Shown here: piece after piece, positions 13,426 through 27,720 of the stretch
Numbering within the stretch: position 1 is the first letter of the stretch
Layout of the letters: every line of letters begins with the position of its first letter
Assembly (NCBI GenBank): GCA_009103225.1
Contig: RHPI01001616.1
Location: 560,731-624,730, forward strand
From: Chlorokybus atmophyticus
Lineage: Eukaryota > Plantae > Mesostigma and Chlorokybus algae
Length of the DNA stretch: 64,000 bases
Reading direction: 5' to 3'
The notes under the pieces: generated by a model
The model's database searches: none
Seen by the model: only the letters and a program-made list of their open reading frames with translations
What the model was told of the DNA's origin: nothing
Position numbers and translations under genes: made by a program

Positions 13426-15067
13426 GTATNAAGCATGCGCGTGCAATTGGATGTTTGTGCAATCTCTATCCCTCAGTCCAACTCGTTTCCTCCCTTTCCC
13501 TCTCTAACCCGCTAGCAGCAGGGGCGCGGTGAACGTGGCGGGGGTGTTGAAGGGTGCTGGTAAGCTTGTTGGCGCAGATGCACACATCCCCTTGCACGTG
13601 CGCATGCGCGGACAGCCATGCATACACACAGACGCTCACACACATGCATACACGCTCATGAGCGCATGCAAGCCTGCGCAGTTGAGCGTGTGTGTACACA
13701 CGCATGCAAACGCATAGGTATGCATAAGCATGCGTACTAACATGCGAGAGCAGTCACACATACATGTTCGCGCGCGCAGATCGACACATCCATTGACAAG
13801 CACGCATGAAGGCACATACCAGAACGCATGCATGCACGACACAGCTGCGCACACAAGCACGCGTACATCTACACAAGCCCAACATGCGCACGTATGCACG
13901 ACGGCACGTTATACAACGTTGGCAGCAACAAGCTCAACAAGGACAGCTTCACCAGCAACACGACATTACCACCACCGACACTTGCGCAGACGGGGTACAT
14001 ACTAACGGTGAGGGGCCCGTCTCGCCCCCAGCCTCGTTCTTGGGTCGCAGTCACAGCATCGCCTCACGAGTGCTGCTGCTCCTCGTGCGTGAGTAGGATG
14101 AGTATACGTCCACAGGTGGGCGGATACTGTGGGTTATCTTTTCACAAAGCACTGGATGTGGCTTTTGGCCGCCGGTTGGTCATGCTTGTCGCTGTCGGTA
14201 TGTGCACATTGAAACGCATATGCATGCACGTGCTCATGCATGCATAGGCCTAGCGGTAAGTGCACTATACGAGCCTTAAAGTCGTAACCCTTCGACCCGT
14301 TCAAGTGGGAAGATGGCGTACATGGTGAGCGGTAGGTCCTAGACAAGGACATAGCCATGAACAAACACAAGTTGCGCGCTGGTAATGTTCTTTGTCGCAT
14401 TACCATCAGCTCCGATGCCACCAGTGTCATCATGCAGCCTTGTGTACACACACTCAGAGTACGGAGCATCATATCGCTTAGCGGGCAGGTGTGCATTTGG
14501 TTGTCAACGCCAATGTGTGCGGCCATGGCAGGGCCAGCATGCGTAGCATCACATACTGTGCGGACCTTATGGAACACTTGACGGTGATGTATAGAGTTCT
14601 TGCACTTTTCCTGTGGTAGCCTGACCACCATGGGTAGTAGCTTCTGTTTCTCAAACGCTGTCTGATAAAGACATACACGTGATGTGTCATTGTATCTGCC
14701 TCATTCAAACAAGTGTTCCCCACATCTGTTCAGGCTGTACGCATTATGCACAGCTAACCAGCCACCACAAGCAGTTTACATAACGATCTCATTGCCAAAC
14801 AGCTCAACAAGTAGGCAACCTGGCGCGTGACCAAGGAGTGAAGTAAGTCAGACAGCATAGTCTCAAAGTATATCCTGCATAGCAACTCACCAAACTAGAC
14901 GTACAAAATTGATTGGGAAGCACTGCCCCACAGCCCAATGTGGACTAAGCTGCAACTACATAAACTTGACTTACTGACTTAGTATAGACAGGTTCCAGTG
15001 CACAAGTCTAAGTGAGCTTGCCAAAAGCGGTGGGCCCAAACATGGTCCGAGAAGCTGGCAAGTTTGC

Positions 15068-17940
15068 CTACAAAGAATCTCCACCTTGCAAACGACCATC
15101 TCCCTCAGTAATGGTGTCTTTGAATGAGCCTCCTCCGGGAATCATGGGCAGAACATGCTCTTGGTAGGGAACAATGATGTCCAGCAGGTATGGTCCTTCA
15201 GACTCGATCATTCTCTTCAGCGCCGCGTCCAACTCGGATCTCTTCGTCACACGCTCACCAGGGACCTGCATGTAGCCATTGTGGGGACTGTGATTGGGAA
15301 TATAACCACCACTACCCATCTACCTGCTGCTAAGCAAGCAGTACCTTGCAAGATTTGGCCATGGTAACAAAGTCAGGGTAAATGTCATCGATATCCTCAG
15401 GGTCGCCCAGATATGTGTGGCCTCTGTTTGACTTGTAAAATCGATCTTCCCACTGAACCACCATGCCCAGGTACTGGTTGTTCAGGATCATCATCTTGAC
15501 TGGCAACTTCTCAACATACGCTGTGGCCAATTCCTGATCATAGAGAGACAGGATAAGCCTTATTTGAAACAAAATACATAAAATGGATCAACCCATTGCA
15601 ATCCAACTACTCGACTGTTACCTGGCAATTCATGATAAAACTGCCATCACCATCGATGTCAATGACAAGCTTGTCAGGGCATGCAGCCTGTGCACCCAAT
15701 GCAGACGGCAACCCAAAGCCCATCGAGCCCAATCCGCCTGAGCTAATCCACCGCCTGGGAGCATCGTATGTGTACCTGCACCACACGTGGATGTTGAGCT
15801 GCTACAACTGGAGTTAGAACCCAAGAGACTGCACACATGGCATGTATGGAGGCGTACCATTGCGCTGCCCACATCTGGTGCTGTCCCACTCCCGTTGTGA
15901 TGATCGCCTCTCCCTGAGTCAGCTCACAGACTCGCTGAATGGCGTATTGCGGCATAATTATGTCATCATCTCGTTGCGGGAACTGCAAGCACCTGTGTTA
16001 GTTGTTGATAAAGAACGCAACAACTGGACCAGCATGCCACGCGCCGCACAGTACATACCTTCATTGGGTTCTGCTCCCTGATGTCATCTATTTCTGCATG
16101 CCAGGCTGAGAAATCAAAGGATTGCTGGCGAGAAGCAAGCTCGGCATTCAGCATCGCAAGGGTTGCCTTCACATCTGCACAGACTGGCACCAAGGCATTC
16201 TTGTTCTTGCCAATCTCTGCAGGGTCAATATCCACATGTACAATGTTGGCATGCGCAGCAAACGCCTCCAGCTTGCCGGTGACGCGATCGTCAAAGCGCA
16301 CGCCCAACGCCAGCAGCAGGTCTGCTTTGTCAATAGCGTAGTTGGCATAGACAGTGCCGTGCATGCCAAGCATCTGCAACGCCCGCGGGTCGCTCTCAGG
16401 GAAGCAACCAAGACCCATGAGCGTTTGTGCAACAGGGAGATCTGTGCGGTCCACAAACTCGCGCAACTCTTCACTAGCATGCAAGCAGCCTCCGCCTGCA
16501 TAAATAACTGGCCGCTTCGCTGACGCCAGCAGCGACAGGATCCTTGTAATCTGCACAGCCAGAGGCGATGTGGGCTTTTTACCCCTGTACACATGCTGCG
16601 GAGGCAGATGCATACATGTATGGTGTACACAAACCTGTGACTGGGGAGGTGCACCCGGCAAGCGAGAGGTGTATCCAGGGATGCGCATGACAGTGGAGAA
16701 GTTTGGAACAAGCATGGCCTGCTGCACATCCTTAGGTATGTCTATCAACACAGGACCTGGTCGACCGGTCGATGCCAAAAAGAATGCTTCCCGCACAACG
16801 CGAGGGATGTCTGCAGGATCCATCACCAAGTAGTTGTGCTTGGTAATCTGCCGTGTGACCTCAACAATGGGTGTCTCTTGGAAGGCGTCTGTTCCAATCA
16901 TGCGCCGAGGAACCTGGTGCAAAGCATGCTCAGATCTTGCAAACCAGCAGAGCTAATCTTGCAGACAACGCTTCAGGTTGCTGTAGTCGGGGTTATCAAC
17001 TTGATCGCGACACATGCCATCACAACCTCGTTGTGCTTGCAACACACCTGACCAGTGATGGCAACGAGAGGAACAGAGTCCAACAGAGCATCCGCAAGAC
17101 CAGTGACCAAGTTAGTGGCTCCAGGACCCGATGTAGCGATGCAGACTCCAACACGACCAGAAGCTTTGGCGTAACCCTCAGCCGCAAACACTTCGCCCTG
17201 CTCGTGCCGACACAACACGTTGCGGATGGTCTTGGATCGCGTCAGCGCCTGTTCAGTGAATCCAAGTGGAAAACAGCAGCACATGTAAACAAATACAACC
17301 TGTACAAAGTGAGGCACACTACCATCGGTGCTGAGCACAAGATAAACCATATCACATGTAGATCAGTGCATGCATGCTGCCACCGACAAGCACCACACAC
17401 CAAAGTATGCACATGCAAGAAATGTACAGGTAGTTGCAGCAACCAACAATAGTTCCTTACCTGGTGAATTTCCATAGATGCGCCACCAGGATATGCAAAC
17501 AGGACATCAACCCCCTCGCGCTCAAGGGCCTCGACGAGAACATCGCAGCCCTTGCGTGGCTCATCGTCCTTGAACCTGCTCTGAAAGGAGGGCTGCTTGG
17601 CCTCCTCCTGCTGCTGCTCCGCTTCGGAAGTAGAAGACTTCAACCTCATGGCGTCTGCAAGGGAAGGCTCAGCCACAACGGCGCTTTGCGACGTGGCGCT
17701 GCTAGCTGCTTGCGCTGGCGCAGCCGGCCGCTTCGTGGCCGAGCATGTCGCAGGAGAAAAACCAGGCTTAGAAGAAGATGCAGAGCAAGCTGACGCCGCC
17801 CTGGCCGACTTCCCAAGGAAATCACTCCTCCTGCTGCTCCGCCTGGCAGCAGGCGACGGGGCGGCGGCCGACGACGAAGACGAGCAGGCTACCTCCGGCC
17901 TCGCCACCCATGCCGCCGCGGTGGCGATGGCCTGCGCCAT
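15068..17940 (-). CDS. ALS: Acetolactate synthase (AHAS) catalytic subunit, plastid-targeted, 8 exons
   Basis: S/A/R-rich transit peptide, then [103 protein letters not shown]. Exon 1 17940-17461, exon 2 17248-17048, exon 3 16913-16635 and exon 4 16550-16059 are all multiples of 3, with GT-AG junctions. Confidence 0.97.
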
Positions 17941-18988
17941 TGTGCAATAACCTCTCCGGACTGCCCTACTACTAGCACACACTGACCCTCCTCACCACCA
18001 CAACCACAACCACGACGAGGACGCAGCGGCGGCGGCGGCAATGGTGGCGACGTGCTGCGTCTACAGGGCAAGCTATGCCTCAAAACCCTACTGCCAAGCA
18101 TGCCTGCAGGCGATAGACCGTAAAGCGCCTGTGCAGTCATTTGGCATTCGAGACACAGACAGCCTGCAGCCAATGACAAACGTCGCCAGCAAGAAGGCGC
18201 AAGCAGCGGCGGCGGCGGCGGCGGTGGCGGTGTTGGTGCGGACGTCGTTCTTGTCATCAATGAGGGAACAGTAGCTTGGACAGTGGCGCATTGTCCTGCT
18301 GTGGGTTTCAACTTGGTCAACTCTAGCTGTGTGAATTGCAGAGGGCGCTGGCAGGGGGGTTTGTCGCCCGCTCTGCCGCGCGGCAGGTGTTGCCGCTGAT
18401 GACCTTCACAGCAGCTGGAAGCTTAGGTAAGTCTTTGCACCTCATTGTTTCTTGCAATGTTCAGGCTTCGGCTTTTCACACGCTGCACCATCACATCAAC
18501 TGTCTTGCAATGGAGACCACCGAATGGCAGATGGGGCAATGTGCGTCAATTTGTCAGCTCAGGAGGTCATCGCTTGCGTTTGTTTTGCTGTTGAAACTGA
18601 TTTTAACTAATTGAGGCTCAGAGCAATTGATGGTTGGGGTGCACCTGTTTGTCAGCTCGGCAGGCCATCTCTTGCGTTTGTTATTCATAGAAACCACTGC
18701 TAGCACTCGGTAGCCCATTGCCAGCTTCGTGCGAGGCAGTGGGCAACCGCTTATTGCACCACTGAATTGCCTGTACTGGACACAATCTGTGGTTGCGGAA
18801 GGTGGACTGGGCCCATGCAACATTACAACGAGACTGGAAACACTTTGTGCATGGTTGAGCATGAGCGACCAATGTTGTCTTGACACTCCCATAATGAAAC
18901 CGTTACAACACAGTATATTTGTCTGCACGCAAGTTTTCGGCTTTAGTGTGTGCTGGTCAACTTGCCTAAGCACAGTTTGTGCGCACAG

Positions 18989-21900
18989 ACACAGTGTGGC
19001 AGTTCTCGAAGATCTGGAGGCTGCCCAGTGAGGGCTTGCGTGCAAGTCTGAGGGCAGCCTCCAAGCGCTGCGGGGATGGAACACGCAAGGGTGCGGGGTT
19101 CACTGCAGTGGCAAGGCTTGCGTATGTGGAGGACACCGACTCAGAAACTCAATGGCATGGCAACCGCCAGTCAGCAAAGTGAGTCACTCAGACCTAATTG
19201 CTGTCCTTTATTGCAGTTGAATTTGTTGTGCATCGGGTCACGACTTAATGTGACTGCTTTAGACAGAAAACGGGACAGAGCTGACTGCACACTTGTCTTA
19301 GGGCGAGTACTTCTTACAGCAATGTTCAGCGGGAAGGTGTTGGTGTCATCAAAGGAAAGGTTGCGAGCATGGTGTTTCGGAATGAAGACAACTGCTACAC
19401 GGTGTTGAAGATTGCTGTTGATAGCGTCAATGGGCAGTCCTATCGGGGTGTTGAGACTGCCGTTGGCTACCTGCCAGCTGTCAATACTGGCCTGGTGCGG
19501 ACGACTTTCATTGGCTGCATACAGCGAATGTTTGCATTGCTACTTGTTACTTGAGACTTGAGTGTGCCGCCTCTGGTGTGTGCAGGCAGTTCAGTTGTCT
19601 GGCACATGGCAGACACACAAATCTTATGGCCATCAGTTGTTGGTCGACACGTATGAGGAACAGGCTCCAGCTACAGTCAAAGACATGCAGGAGTTATTGG
19701 GTACTGTTACACTATGTGTGTCAATTCTGCAATTGCAAACAAACAATCCAGCTGGCTTCTGCTCATCGTAGTACCGCAGGTGGGGGCACACTTAAGGGGG
19801 TGGGCAAGCATTTCTCCAAGTTGTTAACTGAGCATTTTGGTATGCGTGTGGAAGAAGCATTGGACGCGCCAGATGCGATCAGTCAACTGTTGAAGGTGAA
19901 AGGTATGTGACATGTGCGTTGTTGTTTTGTGTTAATTGCCAATGCAGATTTCCCATTGAGACGGTAACAATTTGGCAAACGAAGGGATTGGGAAGAAGAT
20001 GGCAACAAAGATCAAAGCAGAGTGGGATAGTACGAGACAACACAAGCTAGCTTTGCTATTTTTTCAGAAGCATCAAGTCGAGCTGCGACATGCCATGCGC
20101 CTGATAGCTTATTATGGGTCCAGTGTAAGTGCCGTTTCGTATGGTATCATCTGATTATCATCTTACTTACTATCATCTTACCACGTAAACGTTCTGTGAC
20201 GCAGGTGGTACGACAAGTGAAGACAGACCCGTATGCTGCAACTCGCAGCCTTCCTGGTGAGATTGGCTTGGTTATGAGTATATATCAAAGTCAGCCGTGG
20301 ATATTGAGGTTGGAGGTGGTTGCCATTCGCTGAGCAATGGTGGTTGAGCAGGTATGCATTTCAGGGACCGGGACAGACTTGCACAGTCTTTGGGCCTTCC
20401 ACCAAACTTCCCAAGCCGATACCAAGCTGCTATACTTTTCCAGCTAGCTGCGCTGTCGTGGCGCGAAGGACACATGTATATACCTGCGTTGCAGCTTTAC
20501 AACGTTAGTCTGTTCTTGCTTCATGCTTCGTGCTTGGCTGCAAGTGTAGAGTGTGGCCGTATGCTCATGCGTGTTACTCGGCTACAGGAAGTGGTCAAGT
20601 ACTTGCAGTCCTTGAACTGGGGTGAAGTTGACCATGACAAGCTGCGTACAGTCATGTGGGAGATGCATGGCGAGGAACTTGCTGTGGTCCCTCCAGCGGT
20701 TGCACAAGAAGGGAGGGATGAAAGCGATCATAATTATGAAGTGCAGTCCCTGGGTCAGTGCTTTGCGGAGTTGTTAGGTGGCAGTCAGAGCGTGCGCAGA
20801 GCATCTTTTATACTTACTGCCTGCGAAACCTCAGGTACCACGGACATGGTGTACACCGGTGCCTTGCACGCAGCTGAGGTGGCGACAGCACAAAACCTCA
20901 GAAGGCGTATGCTGCAACCGCGGGAAGAGGTCGACTTGAATCGCATCGAGCGGTACATAGAGATGGTTGAGCGTGACCGCGACACCAAGCTGTCTCCCCA
21001 GCAGCGCCAAGCCGTGATGCAGGCTGCATCATCTCAGGTGGATGCAATGCCTCAAGTTGCATGATCATCGTTATAACAACCTTATTCTTTACAATTGTGG
21101 CCTGCTTCCACGAAAAACGTTGCACAGTTCGCCCTGCACTTATTGATTGTTTTCGGCACTGGCTGGCAGGTTGTTGTCTTGACGGGAGGTCCCGGTTGTG
21201 GAAAGACATTCACCACGCATGCAATTGTAAAGCTGTGGGAACGCCATGGCTCTGAGGTGTGCACTGTTGGGAGCTTGCACTGTCTAACACCACTGCAGGT
21301 ATTAAGTTCATATGCCCATGCAGGTGAAGTTGTGTGCTCCAACGGGACGCGCAGCTCAACGGCTGGGAGAGATGTGCGACTCCTCGGGTTCGACCATCCA
21401 TCGGCTGTTGGAATTTGGTGTGGATTGCGTCAGTATTGACGGCCAGGAGGACAAAAAAGATCAGAAGCAAATTTTCATGGGAACTTTCCAGCGAAATGCC
21501 GAAAACCCCCTTGAGGTATGGTTGGACACCACCTCCACTGCGCGAGTACCACTGCTGTGGGATTTTGTGCTCGTATTGGGTGGTCCCATGGAGGTTAACC
21601 CACTGTGATGTTGGCAGCTGGGTGCACTTGTAGTTGATGAGGTGTCCATGCTGGACATGACTCTAGCGGCAAGCTTGCTGGAGGCACTGCCACCGCACGC
21701 AAGGCTTCTGATTGTCGGCGACATTGATCAGCTGCCCCCTGTTGGCGCCGGTTCATTTCTCAAGGATGTCATCAATTCTGGCAAGTTCAGCGTGGTTCGC
21801 CTTACTGAGGTGCGAGCTGCTTTCCATTGTGCTAGTTGAAACACATGCTTTCAGATCAGGCCCTTCATGCTGAAGCTTGTGCAACACCTGCTGAACGAAG

Positions 21901-23168
21901 GGCCGGGTCTCATGTTGAATTTGCACAGGTCTTTCGACAAGCCAAAACCAGTAACATCGTAGCCAGCGCGCATGCAATCAACAAGGGCCTGATGCCGCAA
22001 ATGGAACGGCTACAGTTACAAGATCTTTACTCCGAGAATGTTGCTGCAACTGCTGCACGCATCAAGACAGATTGCCTGTTCATCGAGGTGGCTAATGCTG
22101 CACAAGCAGAACAGGCAGCTCAGGTATGATGAAACTTGCTGTCTGCCAACAGTCCCAGCGAGGAAAGGCAGCTTGTGCATATCAGTCTTCAGTCTCACTT
22201 ATCTCACTTCACTGACTAACTGACTAATTAACTAACTCACTTGTTGCTCATTGCAGCTTGTAGCATGCACATTGCTTCCCGCTCTGAGGCCTGATCTGGA
22301 TGTGAGAAAAGACCTCCAAGTGCTCAGCCCCATGAAGGGAAAATTTGCCGGCGTCCATCGCTTGAATGAGGTTTGACACAACACAGGCGCTTATTATTTG
22401 AGTAGCAACATGTGGGTCTTCATATGCTGGCTGGTGATGACTGCTTTGTGGCAGTCATTCCGGGAGATCTTGAACCCACAGTCTCCAACACATCGCAAGA
22501 CGGAGATGAGCCGAAAAGAGGGCGATCACTTGATAGTATACAGGGAAGGTGACAGGGTCATCCAAATCAGGAATGACTATGACAAGTGCGTGTTGAACGG
22601 GGAGATTGGCCATATTACAGCCGTGCAAGATGAGGTGAGTACCAGGCGCATAGAATTTGTTTCTTTGCAAGCATAGTCTGGACACATTACTGCATGGACT
22701 TGCACTGAACATGTCTGACTATGCTCGCAGGTTGACCTGGTCCCAAAGGCAAATGGACAGGTTGAAAGGGTAGTCAAGAGGAAGCTGACTGTTCAATTTG
22801 ACGAGAGAGTCATTGAGGCGAAGGACCGCCTGCTCAAGTACGACAGCATGAGCCTCGTGGACTTGATGCCCGCGTTCGCAATGACGATACACAAGTCCCA
22901 GGGATGCGAGTACCCCTGCGTGATCATGCCGGTGTGCATGGAGCACAGGTGGATGCTGAGCCGCAAGCTGTTGTACACGGGGCTCACGCGCGCCAAGAGC
23001 CTCGCGATTATCATCGGAGAGCCTGCCGCCCTCCAGCGCGCCATCAAGACGGTTGACAATGATAAGCGCCACTCGTACCTCCAGCAGCGGTTGCAGAGGA
23101 AGATATCCGACCAGGACTACATGGCGAAGAGCGTTCACGTGGACTATGTGGACCCCAATCCATTTTAG
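18989..23168 (+). CDS. recD2: RecD2 (RecD/TraA-family SF1B 5'-3' DNA helicase), multi-exon; true start upstream, possibly the ATG at 18041
   Basis: RecD2 N-terminus ([36 protein letters not shown] helix-hairpin-helix motifs), Walker [88 protein letters not shown]. The spliced frame is intact from 19320 to the TAG at 23166-23168. Confidence 0.92.
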
Positions 23169-24449
23169 GGCATGCATCCGTGTACATAAGTGAAGATCGG
23201 TTCGATGTCCATCGCATGTTTGCGCAAAGGTTGTTGAGTGGCTGTCAGGTTGATAGACCTTAGCTTGCGGGCTCTATAGTGTTAGGTGGCTGTCGCTGTT
23301 GCAAATTGCAAGTGGTTACTGCGCTGCACCAATGGTATTGCTTGTGTGTAGCATTCAAGTTGGCATGCCGCTATTTCTGGGAACAAACTCCTGGTTGGAA
23401 GGCACTGTTGGACAGACTCTAATAATACGCCAAATCATTGCAACAAGTTATGTGTTTCATATATCAGTGACATGACTTGCTGCATCGCCGGCAGTAGGGC
23501 TGGCGGCGGGGCCAGCGAGGGAAAGGGGGAAGAAGGGCTGTCGTTAATGCCTTGGCTGCCCAGAAACATTGTGCATGATCCTTTGTTGCTCACACACATG
23601 CACACTGCTGACGTCTGCAGTGCAGAGCTGAGGGTTTCAAGGGGTGGGAGAGTGGGAGGAAGCGCAGCGAGAGAGGGTCAAGTGGATGGGGCGAGGCTGA
23701 CGGTGGGGAGAGGGAGAGCGGGAGAGGGAGTCGATCTGCTGTGGGCAATTGCATGGCTGGTGATTATTACTGACTGGCTGCGCGTTGTGCAGGCAACTAC
23801 TGTACGTGTATGCATGACGAATGGGGTGGGAAGGTGGTAGAAGTAGGTAGTGTGTAGGTGTTGCAGCTCGGTGGTAAACCATAGGTGCGTGTTGGGTGTA
23901 AATGTCAATGGTCTGGATGTGTATGCCACTCTGCTCCACTGCTGGAGCGTAGTGGATATGCACATGTAAACCATTTATGTGCATGCTGCATCGGATGTTT
24001 GTACACAGGCCTGTGCATGCACACGCGCGCGCTTACACACAGCGCTTGCACTCAGATACACATACACATACGCACGCACACGCGCATGCACGTACCTACA
24101 CACGTGTGCATACACAATCTGCATGCCAGTGCAATCAACTGTTATGCGTACACACGCACGTGCACACACACGCATGCACAGCACCTGCACACATACACAC
24201 GCACACGGTCGTACATTGCTATAAGGTCAGTGCCCGTGACGTATTTCTTTATGGTGGCATGTAAAGCATGTGGAAGGTGTACAAAGCCTTTGGCATCTTG
24301 CCTGCTCGCATCATCACATACCATTTCTTCAACACAGCGACGGCACGGCCAAAGGGAGTGCGGTGCGTGCGAATGCAAAACCCCAACGTAACAACACAGT
24401 AGCGGCAGGGCGAACGACGGGTGCAGGTAGTGATCACGGCGGCGGAGGA

Positions 24450-24582
<133 letters not shown>

Positions 24583-26177
24583 GTTGAGTAACCTGCTGCT
24601 GCTCAGCAGTAGTACTGCCGCTGTGAGGATTGGGCCGCTAACCAGCAGCCGTGGTGCAGGTAACTGCAACTGGTGCACGCATGCATGTCTAACGGGGCTA
24701 GGCTATAGTGTAGTGTAGTACATGTTAGCCCGGTGGTAACAGTGTGAACCCTTGTGTAAAGGTAATGATGTAGTGGTATTGCGCATTGATGTTGCCTGCG
24801 TGTGCAAAACAGCACTACACATATCCTGTACACTGACAATCACCCTATGCATGCCCCTTTTAAAGCTTTGCTAACTGTGGCGCTGCTATAACAGGTGAGG
24901 CGCAGCTGTTGTTGTAGCTGTCCTTGCTCGTGTTTGGCGTGCCGCTGAGGGGCCCAGCGCACAGCCATTGCTGCTTGGTGCTTGTCTTGCTCTTGTTTAA
25001 CACTAACTTCTTCCCCTTGCACAGCACACAGCACTGCACACTACCGCATGAAAACTGAGTTGCTCACCTAATCTGCTTGCCTACTATACTGCCACTGTAC
25101 TTGCCTATGCACGCGGCATATGGAGCATAAAATCTTTCGTACACACTCTAACTCTGTCTACACGCGCACGCGCACATACGCAGCGCCTCAGTGACGGCAT
25201 GATAAGACTGCTTCAAAGGATGTAAGCATCTACTGCAGTTGTAGCTACTCCGTACAACCCAATGCAAAGCCATGATGGCACTACACACAAGCCGTCACAA
25301 GACCCCATGCAGCACCAATCCCAAGTTCGGAGGGTTTAACAGCCGCTAGAAGCGAAGGCTAATTTTGGACCCGGCACCCGGCACAAGTCCATAGGTACTA
25401 GGACCTGAGACTCCGACACATCTACTGTCAGACTCACTGAGTACTTATCCAGTAAGTGACTGAGTGAGTCGGTCAGTAGTTATCGCTGGTTATCTGAGGC
25501 AGTATTCATCGCTAAGATGGACGTTGGTTTCACGTGAAGACTAACTGCGACCGAGTCACTCGATCTCAGTCAGCATTCCCAACCAGGGCTTGCGCAAAAC
25601 ATACTCCGTCACTTTCAAGTGCAATGTGTGACTTACGAGTAAACGAGTCTATGGTAGGCTTAACTTAGTAATAGCGAGGTAAACGTCATCATACAAGACT
25701 TACGAGTGCAACTGGCAACTCATAACTCTCGTCGTAAGTCTCGTTTCCCTCCGGAGACTGGGGTTACTGCTCCCGGCTGGTCGGCTGGCGGGCGGGGAGC
25801 TGCTCAGGTAACGGGTGAGTTTGTGTGCATGGATGTGTTGCAGCAGGCAAGCAAGACAGTGGCTGCTTGCTTGCGTCAAGCTGGTCGGCAGCTTGACGCA
25901 AGCGAGCGGTTTGCTGGTACTGCTGCTGCTGCGTTGTTCTGTCTCTCTCTCTGCTTCGGCATAGCTGGGTGTCATGCTTATGCATGACATAGCTTAACTG
26001 TACCACGCAAGCAGTCTCGCAATGTGTTGTGTGTGGCAGCCCTCTCGCTTCAGCCAGCGGAGTGGACAACTGCTGCCTCTTGTATAGTACGTTGATCTAT
26101 TGGTCCATGCATTGTGGTCGCTCACCTCCCTGTCGTCATTCCCACATGCTTACTCTTTGGTTCTAGGGTTTGGGGGT

Positions 26178-26633
26178 ATGGCCAGCGGTTGGTCGTTCGG
26201 GGGTCGCCCATTAAGCTTCCGTTTACGTACGACACTGCCGAGAAAGCAGCTACATCGCCCACACTCACAGCAGTCGAGCACTTCAGGCCAATGGCATACC
26301 CCTGTACAGTCGGACCCCACCTCAACAGCCTAACACCTTGACAGCTGTAGCTGGCTTACTGCATGCAAGCCCGCCAGTTGTGCCAATGGCTATGGCTTGG
26401 ATCGCCATCGACCAGGTAAGTGTGTGTAGCCTACACAACAGTGTTGTCATGTATGCAGTGTTGCCTTGCATGTTCATGTTGTGTCTGGTTGTCAGGCATT
26501 CGAAAGATTGGAAGAGACGCAAAAGGAAGTGAAGAAGCTGTGGAAACACATGCACGAGGACTATAAGAGGCTTTCCAAGGACCTTGGGGAAATGTCTGAG
26601 CGTTTTCACGATGACATGCACATTACTCGCTGA
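26178..26633 (+). pseudogene. Gene X copy 1: Gly/Pro-rich N-terminus, hydrophobic helix and amphipathic helical exon; disrupted
   Basis: MASGWSFGGRPLSF..., stop at 26331-26333, then ...PMAMAWIAIDQ|GTAAG intron CAG|AFERLEETQKEVKKLWKHMHEDYKRLSKDLGEMSERFHDDMHITR*. Homologous to 30440-30937 and 40725-41374. Confidence 0.55.
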
Positions 26634-27119
26634 TATCCATAGCTAAGTGAGTAGCTGCTGCTGCTGCTGCTTTGTTCACAGCTTTGCGCATTCATCCCAG
26701 GTTGCAAAGCACGTATACTTTTGCCTCTGCGCGCACGAGAGCTGTTTGCTTTGCTGGCCAGACAGAGCCTTGAGGATCCCTGACAAAGACTTAAGGTAGC
26801 AGAGTTGTTGTGTAACTGTCTGCTCGCTAGGTGATGTAACGGTGCATGTTCGGCATTCGCTGTGATGCAACCATGATTGCGTGTTACTGCATATGGAGTG
26901 CGTATGTGATGTGGTTGAGCACGAACAGAGCAAGTGCACTGCTGCGGCAAGAGAGCTGTCACGAAACCAGTTGAACAGCTCTCAAGGCACGGGGCCATAG
27001 CTCCACACCAGCAGCAGTCAACCCTCCCTCTCCTCCATTTGATCCGCCGCCACCACCGCAAGCGCCTTGTGTCCGTTCCTTCTGCTTCAATCGTTGTTGT
27101 TGTTTACCAATTCTGCTTC

Positions 27120-27720
27120 TCAGATTGCATGTTGGCACCATCGGCATGCAGCATCCGCGTACATCTCTTGGTTCCTACCATTGCTGCAACCGCAACCACC
27201 CCAACAGGCAAGGTACTTGCAACGCTGCTGCTCTGCATCGGTGCCCCAGGGTTGAGAAGTCTTGCATATATAACGCCCAGATGTGCGCTGCTGCGCTCGC
27301 TCAATTGTGCTTGCTAGCTGGCAGGGCAGCACAAGCAAACCAGCACGGACAACGCCACAGGTAGGCCGCTGCGGGTCATCCTTATTGCCTTTTCCGTTGG
27401 TATCGTTGTCGTCCTCCTGTAACGTTTGGCTATGCCTGTTGGCTCGCAACTGTCTCTGCTCTTCACTCTATGACATATTGGTCCTAGCAGTGGCAGCCAG
27501 TAGACATCTTTGGCTTAAACTTTGCTTGCTTGCGCAGATGATCGCCAGGTGGTGTATGACAACCAGGCAAAGTTTCCGGCTGCTTGTGCATGCCGCCGTC
27601 ACCGCCTCTGGTGGAGGTTCTGCCTCAAGGGAAAGCCACTGCAGTGTTGTGGTATGTGTCCTTTGCAAGCATTGTCAACTGTCTCGGATCAGTTATTGCT
27701 TGTTGATCATACGGAGGTGA
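27120..27720 (+). other. Segment Y copy 1, Cys-rich in some frames; coding status unclear
   Basis: Colinear with 31580-32060: TTCAG|ATTG..GCATGCAGCAT..GCGTACATCTC, CAGGTACTTGCAACGC, TGTTGGCTCGCAACTG, TCAAGGG.AAGCC.C.GCAGTGTTGTG|GTATGTGT. Confidence 0.45.

Noticed and set aside
13529-14005. His/Thr/Cys/Val-rich ORFs throughout the window
   Set aside because: Translations of CA/TG/CG-rich intronic or intergenic simple sequence.
13900-14640. Exon-like pieces (WADTVGYLFTKHW, PFDPFKWEDGVHGE, YCADLMEHL)
   Set aside because: Interrupted by stops, and the family cannot be assigned without a search.
15068-17460. Herbicide-resistance substitutions in ALS
   Set aside because: Positions equivalent to A122, P197, A205, D376, R377 and W574 are wild type. 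Gly at the S653-equivalent site is usual in algal and yeast enzymes.
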